Notes: generated by a model from the sequence alone, not told the origin. A DNA stretch of 64,000 nt from Spirochaetaceae bacterium (GCA_051531975.1 JAOPTT010000006.1:64656-128655); one strand, 5' to 3'. Shown: positions 32,201 through 42,015, numbered from the stretch's first letter. Numbers and translations: made by a program.

Positions 32201-32538
32201 AACTTTCTAATACAAATCAAACAGATACAGATGCATTAGATCTTATTTTAATAGATTTAAAAGCAGCACTTACATTAAATCCACGTAACGAGGACATTCC
32301 AGTAGTAATAGATGATATTTTAGTAATGTTAGGTGAGGAGTCTAATTTCCAATTAGAGCCGACTGAAGATAAGTTATATAGAGATGCACTAAACGATTTT
32401 AGAAATGAACGATTTTATGATGCTAAAGATAAAATAATTATAATTTTGCAAGCAAATAGAAAAAATAAAAACTATCCAAAGTTAAAGGATCTTATCAACA
32501 GGGTCGAAGTTAAAATAGGGGAAGAAATAACTATCTAA
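29257..32538 (+). CDS. Large exported all-helical TPR-like protein
   Basis: Signal peptide (...VYSKGSGEE); many TPR-like helices (AVNLYNSANYDEAIKSF, GKAQYLEGAYIPASNLF, ALTLNPRNE). Confidence 0.8.
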   Translation: MKKLLILLLIIFLSTTLVYSKGSGEESTLEIANTLIEDKKYNEALAMLYSYAAENPKAIYDVQILIDEIKTKREESNAILDEFFTALYDNQDFETAEKLLKEFDEKNPYPDDLTKKLLKNARSGTQFVINQKRFKEYMDEALVHLEAKEFNLALDKYLLCLDFHSDEFDLLIETSSTDSLEEIDLENIDQDLPVDRYYATLRNSSFKERDLITSQTEDLKLNLEIFIESYNESIKLIQSEVIDKDVLDNKLKIFKVIPSILNSYYKRKEQLEQYNDLFTRLTTDDTPSKFISYASLTLSGRKNTEEGFIYLINKLYPIYIDDIITKIDTKIDLDFKLAVNLYNSANYDEAIKSFNNIINSYSALNSSASLWKSFIKIDDNFNITNADTLINKYNYIGDSQIGTKVIKSYIGLANYLKGVDDDSNISDLENYRTFIVSQMSEIEEENKLWSIEVNKISNRDVLTYANAPNLVSNLQIEYSRVKNLFIDKEILLVDKITSNYYVDIFGFDIDQGNSDIDAMGEVIANAALPTDLEEVIDVYFGINNTDQRSLTTYNPETALTNLTKIEDEYITFVDKIENYINKFENEKSYIKSNNNFNLRYQSVSNAFGLANSNKESLITYSTNAIDKITLSKESENRGTTLYNSALNSFRQEKFNEARSFIDNGINVSEVAISYSKNSYVIDELIPLFYNLSEDINQEEARIVIRDVRKLITSGKAQYLEGAYIPASNLFKEAELKWAGTNVDSHPEIPYWLALIRDALDIESGRYLSITEPLYSILAGYISFAENYYRTGLLQENKVEKLKSFAIADSYLEKVLQVRALNERARFLRLQVLKSKDPEAFKATFSNSFIGYRNDIVRAIENNKSLATSTVMATLGNYEAIVIDAYLPRPRLSGSRRRNLLERFYKQSNQSASQRISNDENKKVINESYLSLKDLYKIAEENQKVNVKRLIDISEVALGFKRLPVDTQNIRASNNLFNIAKGKLSNTNQTDTDALDLILIDLKAALTLNPRNEDIPVVIDDILVMLGEESNFQLEPTEDKLYRDALNDFRNERFYDAKDKIIIILQANRKNKNYPKLKDLINRVEVKIGEEITI

Positions 32539-32540
32539 AG

Positions 32541-35500
32541 ATGGGAAATATACAGAAGAGATATTTAATCTCTATATTATTGTTACTTATGATAAACTCA
32601 GCCTATTCCCAGAACTTATTTTGGGCAGATAAAGAAGTTATAAGTGATGGAATATCATTTTTTTCCAGTTTTAAATCAAGTGATACTTTTATATATAGCG
32701 CATGGCAAAATGTTAGTTACTTTCCAAATAACAGTGGTGGTATTTCAAGTCTCGTTATTAAAAAAAGCAAAGATGGATATGTTTGGGAAGAGATAAAACA
32801 TAATATTGAACCTGTTGAGTTTTACGGAAGTACTCCAATTAGAAACTATAGTATGGATACAAATAGTGATGGTGATCTAATAATAGCATATTCAAAAGGG
32901 GATTCAGGGGCCTATAATGAGATTGAAATATATAATCTTAGCAATTTGGATTCAAACTTAAAAAAACTTACAACAATAAAGTATGATAGGGCTGTATTAG
33001 CACCAACTATAAATTATAGAGGTGATAATGGGTCTTTGGGGTACATTTTATTTGTTTCTCATTTAAAAGATTTAACTACTGTAGAACAAGAAGATGGTTC
33101 AGAAATAGTTTTAGAATCTGGAGCATTATCGATTTTTTATACTATGAGTGATAATGGAATTTTATGGAATGAGAATAGTGAGTTTATTAATACAATATCT
33201 GATCAAAGTTATTTACCAATTTATAAATATTTTAATAATAGAGAGTACGTTGTTTATCAATCAATTATTACTTCAAATAATCAAAATAATAATTTCCAAC
33301 TGTTCGCTAAGACTAAATCTCCTACAGATTCTGATTGGGGTGAAGATTATATATTAACTGATACAGATGAATTTATTACAGGTACAGGTAATGAGATTTA
33401 TACTGAATTTGATAATCAAAGGGCATCTTTTACTACCAGGGAAGGTAAACTAGGTTTAACCTGGGAACGTAGTTATGGATATGAATCTTCAAAAATATAT
33501 TATTCAGAATTTTCTGATTCTAATAAAGATCCAAAATTACTAAATATTGAAAAAATTACAACAGGTTCAAGAAGCTGTAGTAGACCTAGAGGATTTGAAT
33601 TTAACAGTGAATTTTATCTTTTATGGTTTGATAACCAACTTGGTTCTAATGATGTTGTTATGGCATCACCAGACAAATTGTCTGGTTTTTGGATTGAAAA
33701 TATAATTAGTGACGATAGAAATTATTTATCTGTATTTGGTGATTTCATTCAATTTAATAATACTCTGCGTATTTACTGGGAAGATCAAAATATAAATAGG
33801 GATAGTTATAACCAAAGTCGAGGTAGAATACAGGCTCTTAACCCAGATAAAGATGTGGATAGCCCAATAATTATCTCTGACTATAAAGATAGAGATAATA
33901 AAATATCAGTTAGATTTACATGGACTAAACCAAAGGATTCATCTGGAATTAAGGGATATTATTATAGTTGGTTTAAAAAAGATAGCACTATTAATTTTGA
34001 AAAACGAGTATTATCTAATGTAACAAGATCAGAGTTTCTAAACACGGATACAGATGGTGAATATATATTTAGTATTTACGCTGAAGATAATGCTGGAAAT
34101 CTTTCCGAATCAAGAAAATATGTCTATACATTTGATATTACCCCTCCAGATAATATAAAGTTTCCAGAGATTAAGTCAGATGAAAAAGGGTTCTTAATTT
34201 CAAATTCAGAATCATTATTATGGGATAGTTTTGATGATGATGTAGTGGGATTTTCACATACTCTAACTTATTTAGGTTTTAGTTATGAACAAGATACATT
34301 TGATATAAGTAAAACAAAGAAATCAAATAATTATACTCCTACTCAATCTTATAGTTTTAATAATATAGATGATGGTTATTACGCTTTAACAGTACAAGCT
34401 AAAGATATTGCTGGAAATATAGGTAATCCAGAAGCAATTATATTTAAACTTAATAAGTATATCCCTGTTACCTATATCTCTTTTATAAACTATTCACAAA
34501 ATAAGAATGGTGAGTTAATCACAACAATACATGGTAGAGGATTTAAATCTGGTGGTGATGTTACAACTGTAATATTAGATAAAGACGGTGTAGAACCCTA
34601 CGATTATACATTCAAATATGATTCAGAAGTATTTAATGTAGTTACTGATAGAAGAATTGAAGGTCCTAATTTAGATGAGATAGAGGGTGGAGTTTATAGA
34701 GTTGGAATAATACACCCAATTAGAGGAACATTCTTTAGTAATCCAATAATTAAAGTAGAATCGACAGGTACAATTAAATTTGGAGATTTTACAGAAGGTT
34801 ACGAAGAAGTTTGGCAGAGAGTTAAACCAAAATCAATTTCAATTTCATTTGAACTTGTTATATTTATATTAGCTATTACAATTGCAATATTAGTGTTTAT
34901 TATAACTCTTATTAGATTAATTTTAATTTCACGAGAGAGTAAAAGATTAGTTCATGATGCAAAAGCACTTGCTCATGGAACACCATTTTTAAAAGAGAAA
35001 GATATTTTAAGGATTAGAAATATGAAAAAGAAAGGAATTGGTTTACAAGTTAAATTCACTGTTGCTATTATTGCACTAATTGTAGGTGTAATTGCCTTAA
35101 TAAGTTTGCCTTTAGCAAGTTTTATGATCGATACACAAAAGAAAAACCTAACAGATGCCTTGGTTAGTAGAACTGAAATCCTCTTAAATTCAATTTCTAC
35201 TGGTGCAAAAGATTTTATTGAACGTGGTAGGGAAATTGAACTTGATAACTTAATTAAAACTTCAGAATCTATGGATGAAGTTATCTGGGCAACTATAGTT
35301 GGTGTTTCATCGGCAAACTCTGAAATAACTAATGCGTTATGGGCATATACAGATGAATCAACCGTTGGATATTTTACACCTCTTCCTGAAACTATTAATT
35401 CAGATGATTTTAATAGTTATATAACTAATCAAGAAAATATAGATATTCTTCAAAAAACATACAATTTAAATGCTGACGTTTATGAATTAATAGATAATAT

Positions 35501-37337
35501 TACGTTAACCGAGGATTTAAACAGTAGACAAGTTTTAACAGATAGTGGCTATCCAAGGGATATAACTCTAGGACAAACAATATATAAAGATAAAATAGAG
35601 GATGATGTTAATAACAAAGTATTGGAAATAGAGACAAAAGGAACTACAGAATTACTAAGTAAAAAAGAGGAGTTAATCCAATTAGCAATAGATCGTAATA
35701 ATGCTACAGAACAAATAGTTAAAGAAGAAATTCAAGATACTATAGCACTGTTAAGTGATCAGATAAATGAAGCTCTAAAAAAGATGTCTTCTAATACTGG
35801 TCAGTTTCCTAAGGTTGATTATCAGAAAATATCTGAGTATGATTCCTTTCTGTTTTACAAGCCAGTTTTATATAATGAACCAGGAGTGAATACTTTCTAT
35901 AAGGGTATGGTAAGGTTAGAAGTTTCTACAGAAACAATAAATACTGAGATTAATAATTCAATTAGAAATCTTACTTTCAGAGTTGGTTTTACTGCTATTG
36001 TTGCCATATTAATAGGTTTTGTTGGAGCATTTATTTTAGCGTCGTTTATGATTAATCCAATTAAAAAGCTAGTTCTTGGGGTACAAATTATCCGTGATAC
36101 AGAAGACAAATCTAGCCTTAAAAGCCACGAAATTATTGTAAAATCAAGGGATGAGTTATTTACCCTAGCTTCTACAGTAAACCAGATGACAGAAGGGCTT
36201 GTAAAAGCAGCAGCTCTGTCTAAAGACGTAACAATGGGTAAAGAGATTCAGAAAATGTTTATCCCTTTAGAGTTAAGTCCTGATGGGGAAGGTAAACTAA
36301 CCACTGGTGAATTTGAAAATGATGAAATCTCTGTATTTGGCTATTATGAAGGTGCAAAAGGTGTATCTGGAGATTATTTTGATTATAGACAGATAGATGA
36401 AGATCACTTTGCAATGATTAAGTGTGATATCGCTGGTAAAGGTATACCGGCTTCGTTAATTATGGTTGAAGTTGCAACAATTTTCTTAGCTTATTTTAGA
36501 AAATGGGATAGACGTAAAGAAGGTTATAGAATTGATGAACTTGTATATTCTATGAATGATTTATTGGAAGAAAGAGGGTTTAAAGGTAGATTTGCAGCAT
36601 TTATTGTTGTAATCATGAACACTAAAACTGGTAAATGTCATATGTGTAATGCCGGGGATAACTTAGTTCATTTATACAGAAGTAAACAGCATATAATGGA
36701 AACAATAACACTTCACGAAGTTCCAGCAGCCGGTATATTCTCATCCGAAATGTTAGAGTCTGGAGATGGATATAAAGTTGAAACTACAACATTAGAAAAA
36801 AATGATATTCTGTTCTTATTTACAGATGGAGTAGAGGAGTCTAAACATCTATTTAGAGACGAAAACTATAACGAAATCCTATGTACCCACCCAGGTTTAA
36901 CTGAAGGGCAACTACATGATACACATGCATTAAGTGAAGGGTTTGAAGAGCTTGGAGTACCTAGAATTAATGAAATTCTTCATGCTGTCATACATAAAAC
37001 TACATACTATTTAAGAAAATATCATTATCCAGAACCAGAAGCAACTTTCACATTCGATTTTAGTTCATTAACAGGTGCAGTTAAAGACGCAGTGCTTGGT
37101 TTAATCTCAGTAGAAAAGGTATTTAGACTTAACCCAGATCCAAGTGCTGGGGCAGAGGATAATGTAAAAATTGATAAGGTTGTAAATAACTTTTTGATGA
37201 AACATTTTGATGAATATTCTGACTATTATAAATTTAAAGTTGATAAAGGTGAAGATGCTCAACATGATTTCTTTTCCCATATAAAAGAAGATGATCAGTA
37301 CGATGACCTTACAATTTTAGCAATAAAGAAGAAATAA
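32541..37337 (+). CDS. Membrane sensor Ser/Thr phosphatase: propeller + Fn3-like + HAMP + SpoIIE/PP2C
   Basis: Asp-box-like SKDGYVW and SDNGILW; Fn3-like AEDNAGN and AKDIAGN; three TMs; HAMP (PIKKL...RDELFTLASTVNQM); PP2C motifs GDYFD, DIAGKG, NAG, FTDG, DDLT. Confidence 0.9.
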   Translation: MGNIQKRYLISILLLLMINSAYSQNLFWADKEVISDGISFFSSFKSSDTFIYSAWQNVSYFPNNSGGISSLVIKKSKDGYVWEEIKHNIEPVEFYGSTPIRNYSMDTNSDGDLIIAYSKGDSGAYNEIEIYNLSNLDSNLKKLTTIKYDRAVLAPTINYRGDNGSLGYILFVSHLKDLTTVEQEDGSEIVLESGALSIFYTMSDNGILWNENSEFINTISDQSYLPIYKYFNNREYVVYQSIITSNNQNNNFQLFAKTKSPTDSDWGEDYILTDTDEFITGTGNEIYTEFDNQRASFTTREGKLGLTWERSYGYESSKIYYSEFSDSNKDPKLLNIEKITTGSRSCSRPRGFEFNSEFYLLWFDNQLGSNDVVMASPDKLSGFWIENIISDDRNYLSVFGDFIQFNNTLRIYWEDQNINRDSYNQSRGRIQALNPDKDVDSPIIISDYKDRDNKISVRFTWTKPKDSSGIKGYYYSWFKKDSTINFEKRVLSNVTRSEFLNTDTDGEYIFSIYAEDNAGNLSESRKYVYTFDITPPDNIKFPEIKSDEKGFLISNSESLLWDSFDDDVVGFSHTLTYLGFSYEQDTFDISKTKKSNNYTPTQSYSFNNIDDGYYALTVQAKDIAGNIGNPEAIIFKLNKYIPVTYISFINYSQNKNGELITTIHGRGFKSGGDVTTVILDKDGVEPYDYTFKYDSEVFNVVTDRRIEGPNLDEIEGGVYRVGIIHPIRGTFFSNPIIKVESTGTIKFGDFTEGYEEVWQRVKPKSISISFELVIFILAITIAILVFIITLIRLILISRESKRLVHDAKALAHGTPFLKEKDILRIRNMKKKGIGLQVKFTVAIIALIVGVIALISLPLASFMIDTQKKNLTDALVSRTEILLNSISTGAKDFIERGREIELDNLIKTSESMDEVIWATIVGVSSANSEITNALWAYTDESTVGYFTPLPETINSDDFNSYITNQENIDILQKTYNLNADVYELIDNITLTEDLNSRQVLTDSGYPRDITLGQTIYKDKIEDDVNNKVLEIETKGTTELLSKKEELIQLAIDRNNATEQIVKEEIQDTIALLSDQINEALKKMSSNTGQFPKVDYQKISEYDSFLFYKPVLYNEPGVNTFYKGMVRLEVSTETINTEINNSIRNLTFRVGFTAIVAILIGFVGAFILASFMINPIKKLVLGVQIIRDTEDKSSLKSHEIIVKSRDELFTLASTVNQMTEGLVKAAALSKDVTMGKEIQKMFIPLELSPDGEGKLTTGEFENDEISVFGYYEGAKGVSGDYFDYRQIDEDHFAMIKCDIAGKGIPASLIMVEVATIFLAYFRKWDRRKEGYRIDELVYSMNDLLEERGFKGRFAAFIVVIMNTKTGKCHMCNAGDNLVHLYRSKQHIMETITLHEVPAAGIFSSEMLESGDGYKVETTTLEKNDILFLFTDGVEESKHLFRDENYNEILCTHPGLTEGQLHDTHALSEGFEELGVPRINEILHAVIHKTTYYLRKYHYPEPEATFTFDFSSLTGAVKDAVLGLISVEKVFRLNPDPSAGAEDNVKIDKVVNNFLMKHFDEYSDYYKFKVDKGEDAQHDFFSHIKEDDQYDDLTILAIKKK

Positions 37338-37613
37338 ATGAAAAAGTTTTACTGTCAAGATTGTGGTTCAGAAGTATCTTTAAATAGCGAATCATGTCCT
37401 AGTTGTAATAAAATATTTGGATCTGTTCTTTGTCCTAAGTGTGAATATAGTGGAGCATCCTATAAATTTGAGAATGGCTGTCCAAAGTGTGGTTATCTAA
37501 AAAATAGAGATGTACTTAATAAAAAAGTAAAAACAAAAATGAGTACTAAAATATTTACATCATTATTACTACTGTTATTAAGTATTATTATATTTTTAAT
37601 ATATATATATTAA
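37338..37613 (+). CDS. Double zinc-ribbon protein with C-terminal membrane anchor
   Basis: CQDC, CPSC, CPKC, CPKC, then a hydrophobic tail; abuts the phosphatase stop. Confidence 0.8.
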   Translation: MKKFYCQDCGSEVSLNSESCPSCNKIFGSVLCPKCEYSGASYKFENGCPKCGYLKNRDVLNKKVKTKMSTKIFTSLLLLLLSIIIFLIYIY

Positions 37614-39124
37614 AAAATAGTTGAGAGACTTATTGTTAAAATAATATCAAAAAGTTCATTAGAGGATATTGCTATACCTGCAAAACTTTGGGTATTTTTT
37701 AATAGATAAAATGCCTCTATTCCATATAATAGCGTATAATTTTTAAAATCAGTTGTATCAGCTCTTCCAGATATTCCAAATCTATATTTTTGATTATCAA
37801 AATGAAATCCTATACCTGATCCAACTGTGTTATCACTCTCAAGTAATATTTTATATTCAGGAGATATTGATAGATATAATGGTGTCAAATCAAGTGTTAT
37901 AGGTGAGTTAATAATAATACAATTTTCTATATCACTGGATTCATCAGTTTGAATATTAGTAAATTGATAGTTTAAATTTAGACCATATAAAATATTATTT
38001 AAGTTGTTAGATAAAAAAACTCCAGCAAAAAGAGATATAGAAGTGGTCTCTCCATTAAAATCTATATTAAAATCTAAACCTGAATTAAGTTGTAAATAAG
38101 ATGTTATTGATGTTTGTAGTGAAAATGGAATAGATAAAATAGAATTCTCTATTTGTGATTTAAAATTAAAATTAACCTGATTTGCATCATAACCATTAAC
38201 CTCAGCAGTAGGTGAAGCTAAAAGACCACTAAATCCACGATTGATTGGTAAGTTTTTAAGTATCAGTGAAGAGTCAATAATAAATTGCTCAGTTTTAATT
38301 TGATCACCAGCGTTTATAGAAATAGTGTAAATGCCATTAGGAATATCCTCTGATAAAAATTGGCTAAAATAATATAAAGTATCCCAATTATCTAAAACTA
38401 AATGTTTTGTTAGAATTATAGAACCTGATTTATCACTAATACTTATAGATGAATCTTGAGGACCATTTACTAAAATTTTTATTGAGTTTCGACTAAATCC
38501 ATCGTTTGCTTTTTTATTAAATATTTCTTTTTCTATTTTAAGATCTTCTAATATAAAAGCAGCAGGTTCTAAAATGAAGTTCTCTTTAGTTATTAAATTA
38601 GAGTTAATTGTTATTATTCTATTTTCATCTTTAAACCCAAAACCCTGTACTTTTATGTTATAACTTCCAGTAGGAATAGGATCTTCTTTATTAATTAAAA
38701 TTCCACTCATAAAAGTTTTATATTTATTACTGTTAGTTGAAACATCTATATATCCAAATTTTCTAGCTAATTCTACATTTATAATTAAACGACTATTTTC
38801 TACAATAGAAATCCATTTTTTAAAAGTTACATATTTATTTCTTTTTATTTGTAATAGATAAGTACCACTTGTTAGATTTAATTCTAGATCATTGCTTGAA
38901 TATTCTTTACCATCAATATAAATATTTACATTTGAAGTAGCACAAAATAGATTAAAACCAGATTCAAAAACATCATCACTTGAATAATATATTGATTGTT
39001 CGTATTCAACTTGATTTAATTCTAATATTTCTATGCTTTCTTCACTTATATTAAACTTATCTTCAAAACTAAATGAATAGGATAATATAAGATTTAAAAT
39101 AATTACAAAAAATATTTTTTTCAC
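37610..39124 (-). CDS. PEGA-domain exported protein with putative C-terminal beta-barrel
   Basis: PEGA-like NIYIDG...LTSGTYLLQIKRNKY and IPTGSYNIKVQGFGF; Ig-like IPNGIYTISI; ends ILTISLSTIF. Confidence 0.75.
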   Translation of the reverse strand: MKKIFFVIILNLILSYSFSFEDKFNISEESIEILELNQVEYEQSIYYSSDDVFESGFNLFCATSNVNIYIDGKEYSSNDLELNLTSGTYLLQIKRNKYVTFKKWISIVENSRLIINVELARKFGYIDVSTNSNKYKTFMSGILINKEDPIPTGSYNIKVQGFGFKDENRIITINSNLITKENFILEPAAFILEDLKIEKEIFNKKANDGFSRNSIKILVNGPQDSSISISDKSGSIILTKHLVLDNWDTLYYFSQFLSEDIPNGIYTISINAGDQIKTEQFIIDSSLILKNLPINRGFSGLLASPTAEVNGYDANQVNFNFKSQIENSILSIPFSLQTSITSYLQLNSGLDFNIDFNGETTSISLFAGVFLSNNLNNILYGLNLNYQFTNIQTDESSDIENCIIINSPITLDLTPLYLSISPEYKILLESDNTVGSGIGFHFDNQKYRFGISGRADTTDFKNYTLLYGIEAFYLLKNTQSFAGIAISSNELFDIILTISLSTIF

Positions 39125-39175
39125 TTTTACCTCGAATTAAATTTTTATATGACGATAACTTATTATATAGGAAAT

Positions 39176-39715
39176 ATGATTATGAACAAATATTTATTAT
39201 TAACTTTTTTATTTATTACATTATTTATTACTTTTTCTCAAGAAAACAATCAAAGCTTAAGTAATGGCTTTAGAAATATTCAATTAGGTTTGAATATTGA
39301 TGAAGCAAAAGAAGCTATTGAAAGTGATGGTTATTTTGATTATCGTGGTGATCCAGATGTTAGTATGTTGTTATCTGAAGAGAAAAGTATTATAGAAAGT
39401 AGAGGTAACTATTATATTAAAAATGGTTATTTTCAGTTTTATAAAGATACTCTTTATACTATTACATTAATTTTGGATACAAATGATATTGATTATTATA
39501 CAATGTTTACTACATTATCTGATAAATATGGAAAATATGATTCATTAAGTCCAAGTAAAGTAGTTTGGGAAAGTGATAGTGTTAGATTAACATTAGAAAA
39601 ACCACTTACAGTTAAATATGTAGGCTTAGGAATATATAATGACATCGTAAATGATGATATTACAAAAGAAGCCATACAAGAAAAACTTAGAAAGGATTTT
39701 ATTAGTGAATTTTAA
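39176..39715 (+). CDS. Exported hypothetical protein
   Basis: Signal peptide, GFRNIQLG, YRGDPDVSML; start probably 39176 or 39182. Confidence 0.75.
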   Translation: MIMNKYLLLTFLFITLFITFSQENNQSLSNGFRNIQLGLNIDEAKEAIESDGYFDYRGDPDVSMLLSEEKSIIESRGNYYIKNGYFQFYKDTLYTITLILDTNDIDYYTMFTTLSDKYGKYDSLSPSKVVWESDSVRLTLEKPLTVKYVGLGIYNDIVNDDITKEAIQEKLRKDFISEF

Positions 39716-40145
39716 ATATATTATATTGATAACTATTTTTGCTATTTTTTCTTGTAGCAGTGACTTCTTAATTTTAGAAATAAACAGTTCAAAACTAAAA
39801 ATCGAAATTGCTAATACAGATGAACTAAGATCAAAAGGATTAATGAACCGGGAAAATTTAGAATCTGATCATGGAATGTTATTTATATTTGATAAGGAAC
39901 AACCTGTTGGATTTTGGATGAAAAATACATCCATACCGTTATCTATTGCATATATAAATAAAAAAGGTGTGATAATGGAGATATATGATATGAAACCATA
40001 TTCATTAGAAACTGTTCCATCTAAAAGATCATCAGTTCTTTACGCATTGGAAGTTAATAAAGGGTATTTTGAATTAAATAATATTAATATTGGAGATAAA
40101 ATAGGTATTAATAAAATAAATATTTATTTGAATTCTTCCAAGTGA
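39705..40145 (+). CDS. DUF192 family lipoprotein
   Basis: EIANTDELRSKGLMNR, GMLFIF, FWMKNTSIPLSIAYI, YALEVNKG; GTG 39705 with SD AAGGA, lipobox IFSC. Confidence 0.9.
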   Translation: MNFKYIILITIFAIFSCSSDFLILEINSSKLKIEIANTDELRSKGLMNRENLESDHGMLFIFDKEQPVGFWMKNTSIPLSIAYINKKGVIMEIYDMKPYSLETVPSKRSSVLYALEVNKGYFELNNINIGDKIGINKINIYLNSSK

Positions 40146-40330
40146 TAATTTTCATTATCATTTAGTAAAATTTGAATCTTTTTTTCATATGAGGTTAAAT
40201 CTTTTTCTAACTCAGTTGCTAGTTTAATACCCTCTTCAAATGAACTTATTGTTTCATCTAATGTTCCATTATCTTGTTTCATTAATACCGCTATATTTTC
40301 TAATTGTTTAAGTTTTTCTTCAAAATTCAT
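40124..40330 (-). CDS. xseB: Exodeoxyribonuclease VII small subunit
   Basis: FEEKLKQLENI...LDETISSFEEGIKL; follows xseA. Confidence 0.92.
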   Translation of the reverse strand: MNFEEKLKQLENIAVLMKQDNGTLDETISSFEEGIKLATELEKDLTSYEKKIQILLNDNENYHLEEFK

Positions 40331-41520
40331 AATTCCTCTTTCATTTCTGTTTTAATTTTTCCATTCTTGTAATTTATTTCTAATAAATCACCTGTTTTTA
40401 TCTTTGTATCAATTATGTTTTTATTGTTTAAAGTCACCCAAGAATACCCTTTATCAAAAAGTTTAAAAGGGGATAATGATAAAATTATCTCTTTGGATGT
40501 ATTAACAATATTTTTCTTTTTTTCAACATTGGCTTTTAACACCGCGACAATCTCTTGATGTAAACCATCGATATACATTCTTTTATTGTTTATTTCTGCA
40601 TTTAAATGCCTCAATTCAGATTTTATATCAAATCTAATAAGCCTGTTTTTATCCCTTAGTAGTTTATTTTTCATGTAAATTATTATTTCATCTTTTAAAA
40701 TCTTTATTGATTTGTATATAACTTCAGAAGCCTCAGTTGCAATCTCAGCTGCTGCAGATGGTGTTGCGGCTCTGATATCAGCAGCCAGATCACTTAAAGT
40801 TGTATCTATTTCATGACCAATGCCTGAAATTATCGGTATTTTAGATTTATAAATTTCTCTAATAACTGATTCTTCTGAGAATGGTAATAAATCTTCCATA
40901 CTACCACCACCTCTAGAAAGAATTATTAAGTCACATAATGAATCTTTATTTGCTTTAATTATTTGAGATGAAATTGTATTGTGGGCGGTAGCACCCTGTA
41001 CTGTTGTTGGTAAAATAATGATATTTGAAAATGAATGTCTTCTTCTTAAAACCTTTAATATATCTTGTAAAGCTGCTCCGGTTGGAGAAGTTATTATTCC
41101 AATAACATTTGGGATTTTAGGTAGTGACTGTTTCTTTGATGGATCAAAAAATCCTAATGATGCAAGTTTCCTTTTTCTCTCTTCAAGCATAACAAGAATA
41201 TCACCAGCGCCAAAAACAGAAATATTATCACAAACAACTTGATATGTACCTCTTTGGCTATAAAGGGTAAGTTTTCCTCTTATTTTAACTTTCATACCAT
41301 CTTTAGGTTTAAAATTTACTTTATAATTACTGTTTTTAAACATAACAGCAGAAAGACTGGAGTTTTTATCTTTTAAAGTAAAATACCAATGCCCATTTAC
41401 AGAGCCTTTAAAGTTTGATATTTCACCTTCTATATTAATAGAGTAAAAAGAATTTTCTAAAATATCTTTAATTACCTGATTTAGTTCTGTAACAGAAAAT
41501 AGATGATCTTGTAAGTTCAT
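40327..41520 (-). CDS. xseA: Exodeoxyribonuclease VII large subunit
   Basis: EGEISNF, GHWYFTLKD, ITSPTGAALQD, RGGGSMEDL, SGIGHEID, RAATPSAAAE. Confidence 0.97.
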   Translation of the reverse strand: MNLQDHLFSVTELNQVIKDILENSFYSINIEGEISNFKGSVNGHWYFTLKDKNSSLSAVMFKNSNYKVNFKPKDGMKVKIRGKLTLYSQRGTYQVVCDNISVFGAGDILVMLEERKRKLASLGFFDPSKKQSLPKIPNVIGIITSPTGAALQDILKVLRRRHSFSNIIILPTTVQGATAHNTISSQIIKANKDSLCDLIILSRGGGSMEDLLPFSEESVIREIYKSKIPIISGIGHEIDTTLSDLAADIRAATPSAAAEIATEASEVIYKSIKILKDEIIIYMKNKLLRDKNRLIRFDIKSELRHLNAEINNKRMYIDGLHQEIVAVLKANVEKKKNIVNTSKEIILSLSPFKLFDKGYSWVTLNNKNIIDTKIKTGDLLEINYKNGKIKTEMKEEL

Positions 41521-41535
41521 ATAAAAAAAATAGCA

Positions 41536-42015
41536 CTAATCAGAATTATTTTCAATCTCATCTTCTAGAGCTTTTTCTAAGGCATCTGCAGCTTCTGCAG
41601 TTTCAGTAATTGCAGATTCAATATATGATTTATCACTATTGAAAGGTAACTTTACAACAAATATTATTGTAGAAACTGATCCTTTTTTATGAATTGCCCA
41701 GTTACCAATATATTTAGTTGAATAATTATCTATTAATAAATAATTAGTTAAGTTCTCTGGAACAGGTTTATCAACAAATGCTTTTGCTATAGAAATAATT
41801 TCTCTAATTTCAACACCTTGAAATGTATTAGTATTGGATCGAACTATTACTTGCTGTTTTCTTGCTGTTCTAGTTATATAGTCAACAATATAGTCTCCTT
41901 CAGAATCTTTATAATATTCAAAAGTTGAGGAGTTTAGAATTTTTTTTATAGAGTAAGTACTTTCCGCAAAAAGTTGAACAGACAATATAAACATTAAAAG
42001 TATTATTAATCTCAT
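41536..42015 (-). CDS. Exported YbjN/T3SS-chaperone-like fold protein
   Basis: Signal peptide from ATG 42015 (MRLIILLMFILSVQLFA); YYKDSEGDYIV...LLIDN...GNWAI...AEAADALEKAL. Confidence 0.6.
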   Translation of the reverse strand: MRLIILLMFILSVQLFAESTYSIKKILNSSTFEYYKDSEGDYIVDYITRTARKQQVIVRSNTNTFQGVEIREIISIAKAFVDKPVPENLTNYLLIDNYSTKYIGNWAIHKKGSVSTIIFVVKLPFNSDKSYIESAITETAEAADALEKALEDEIENNSD

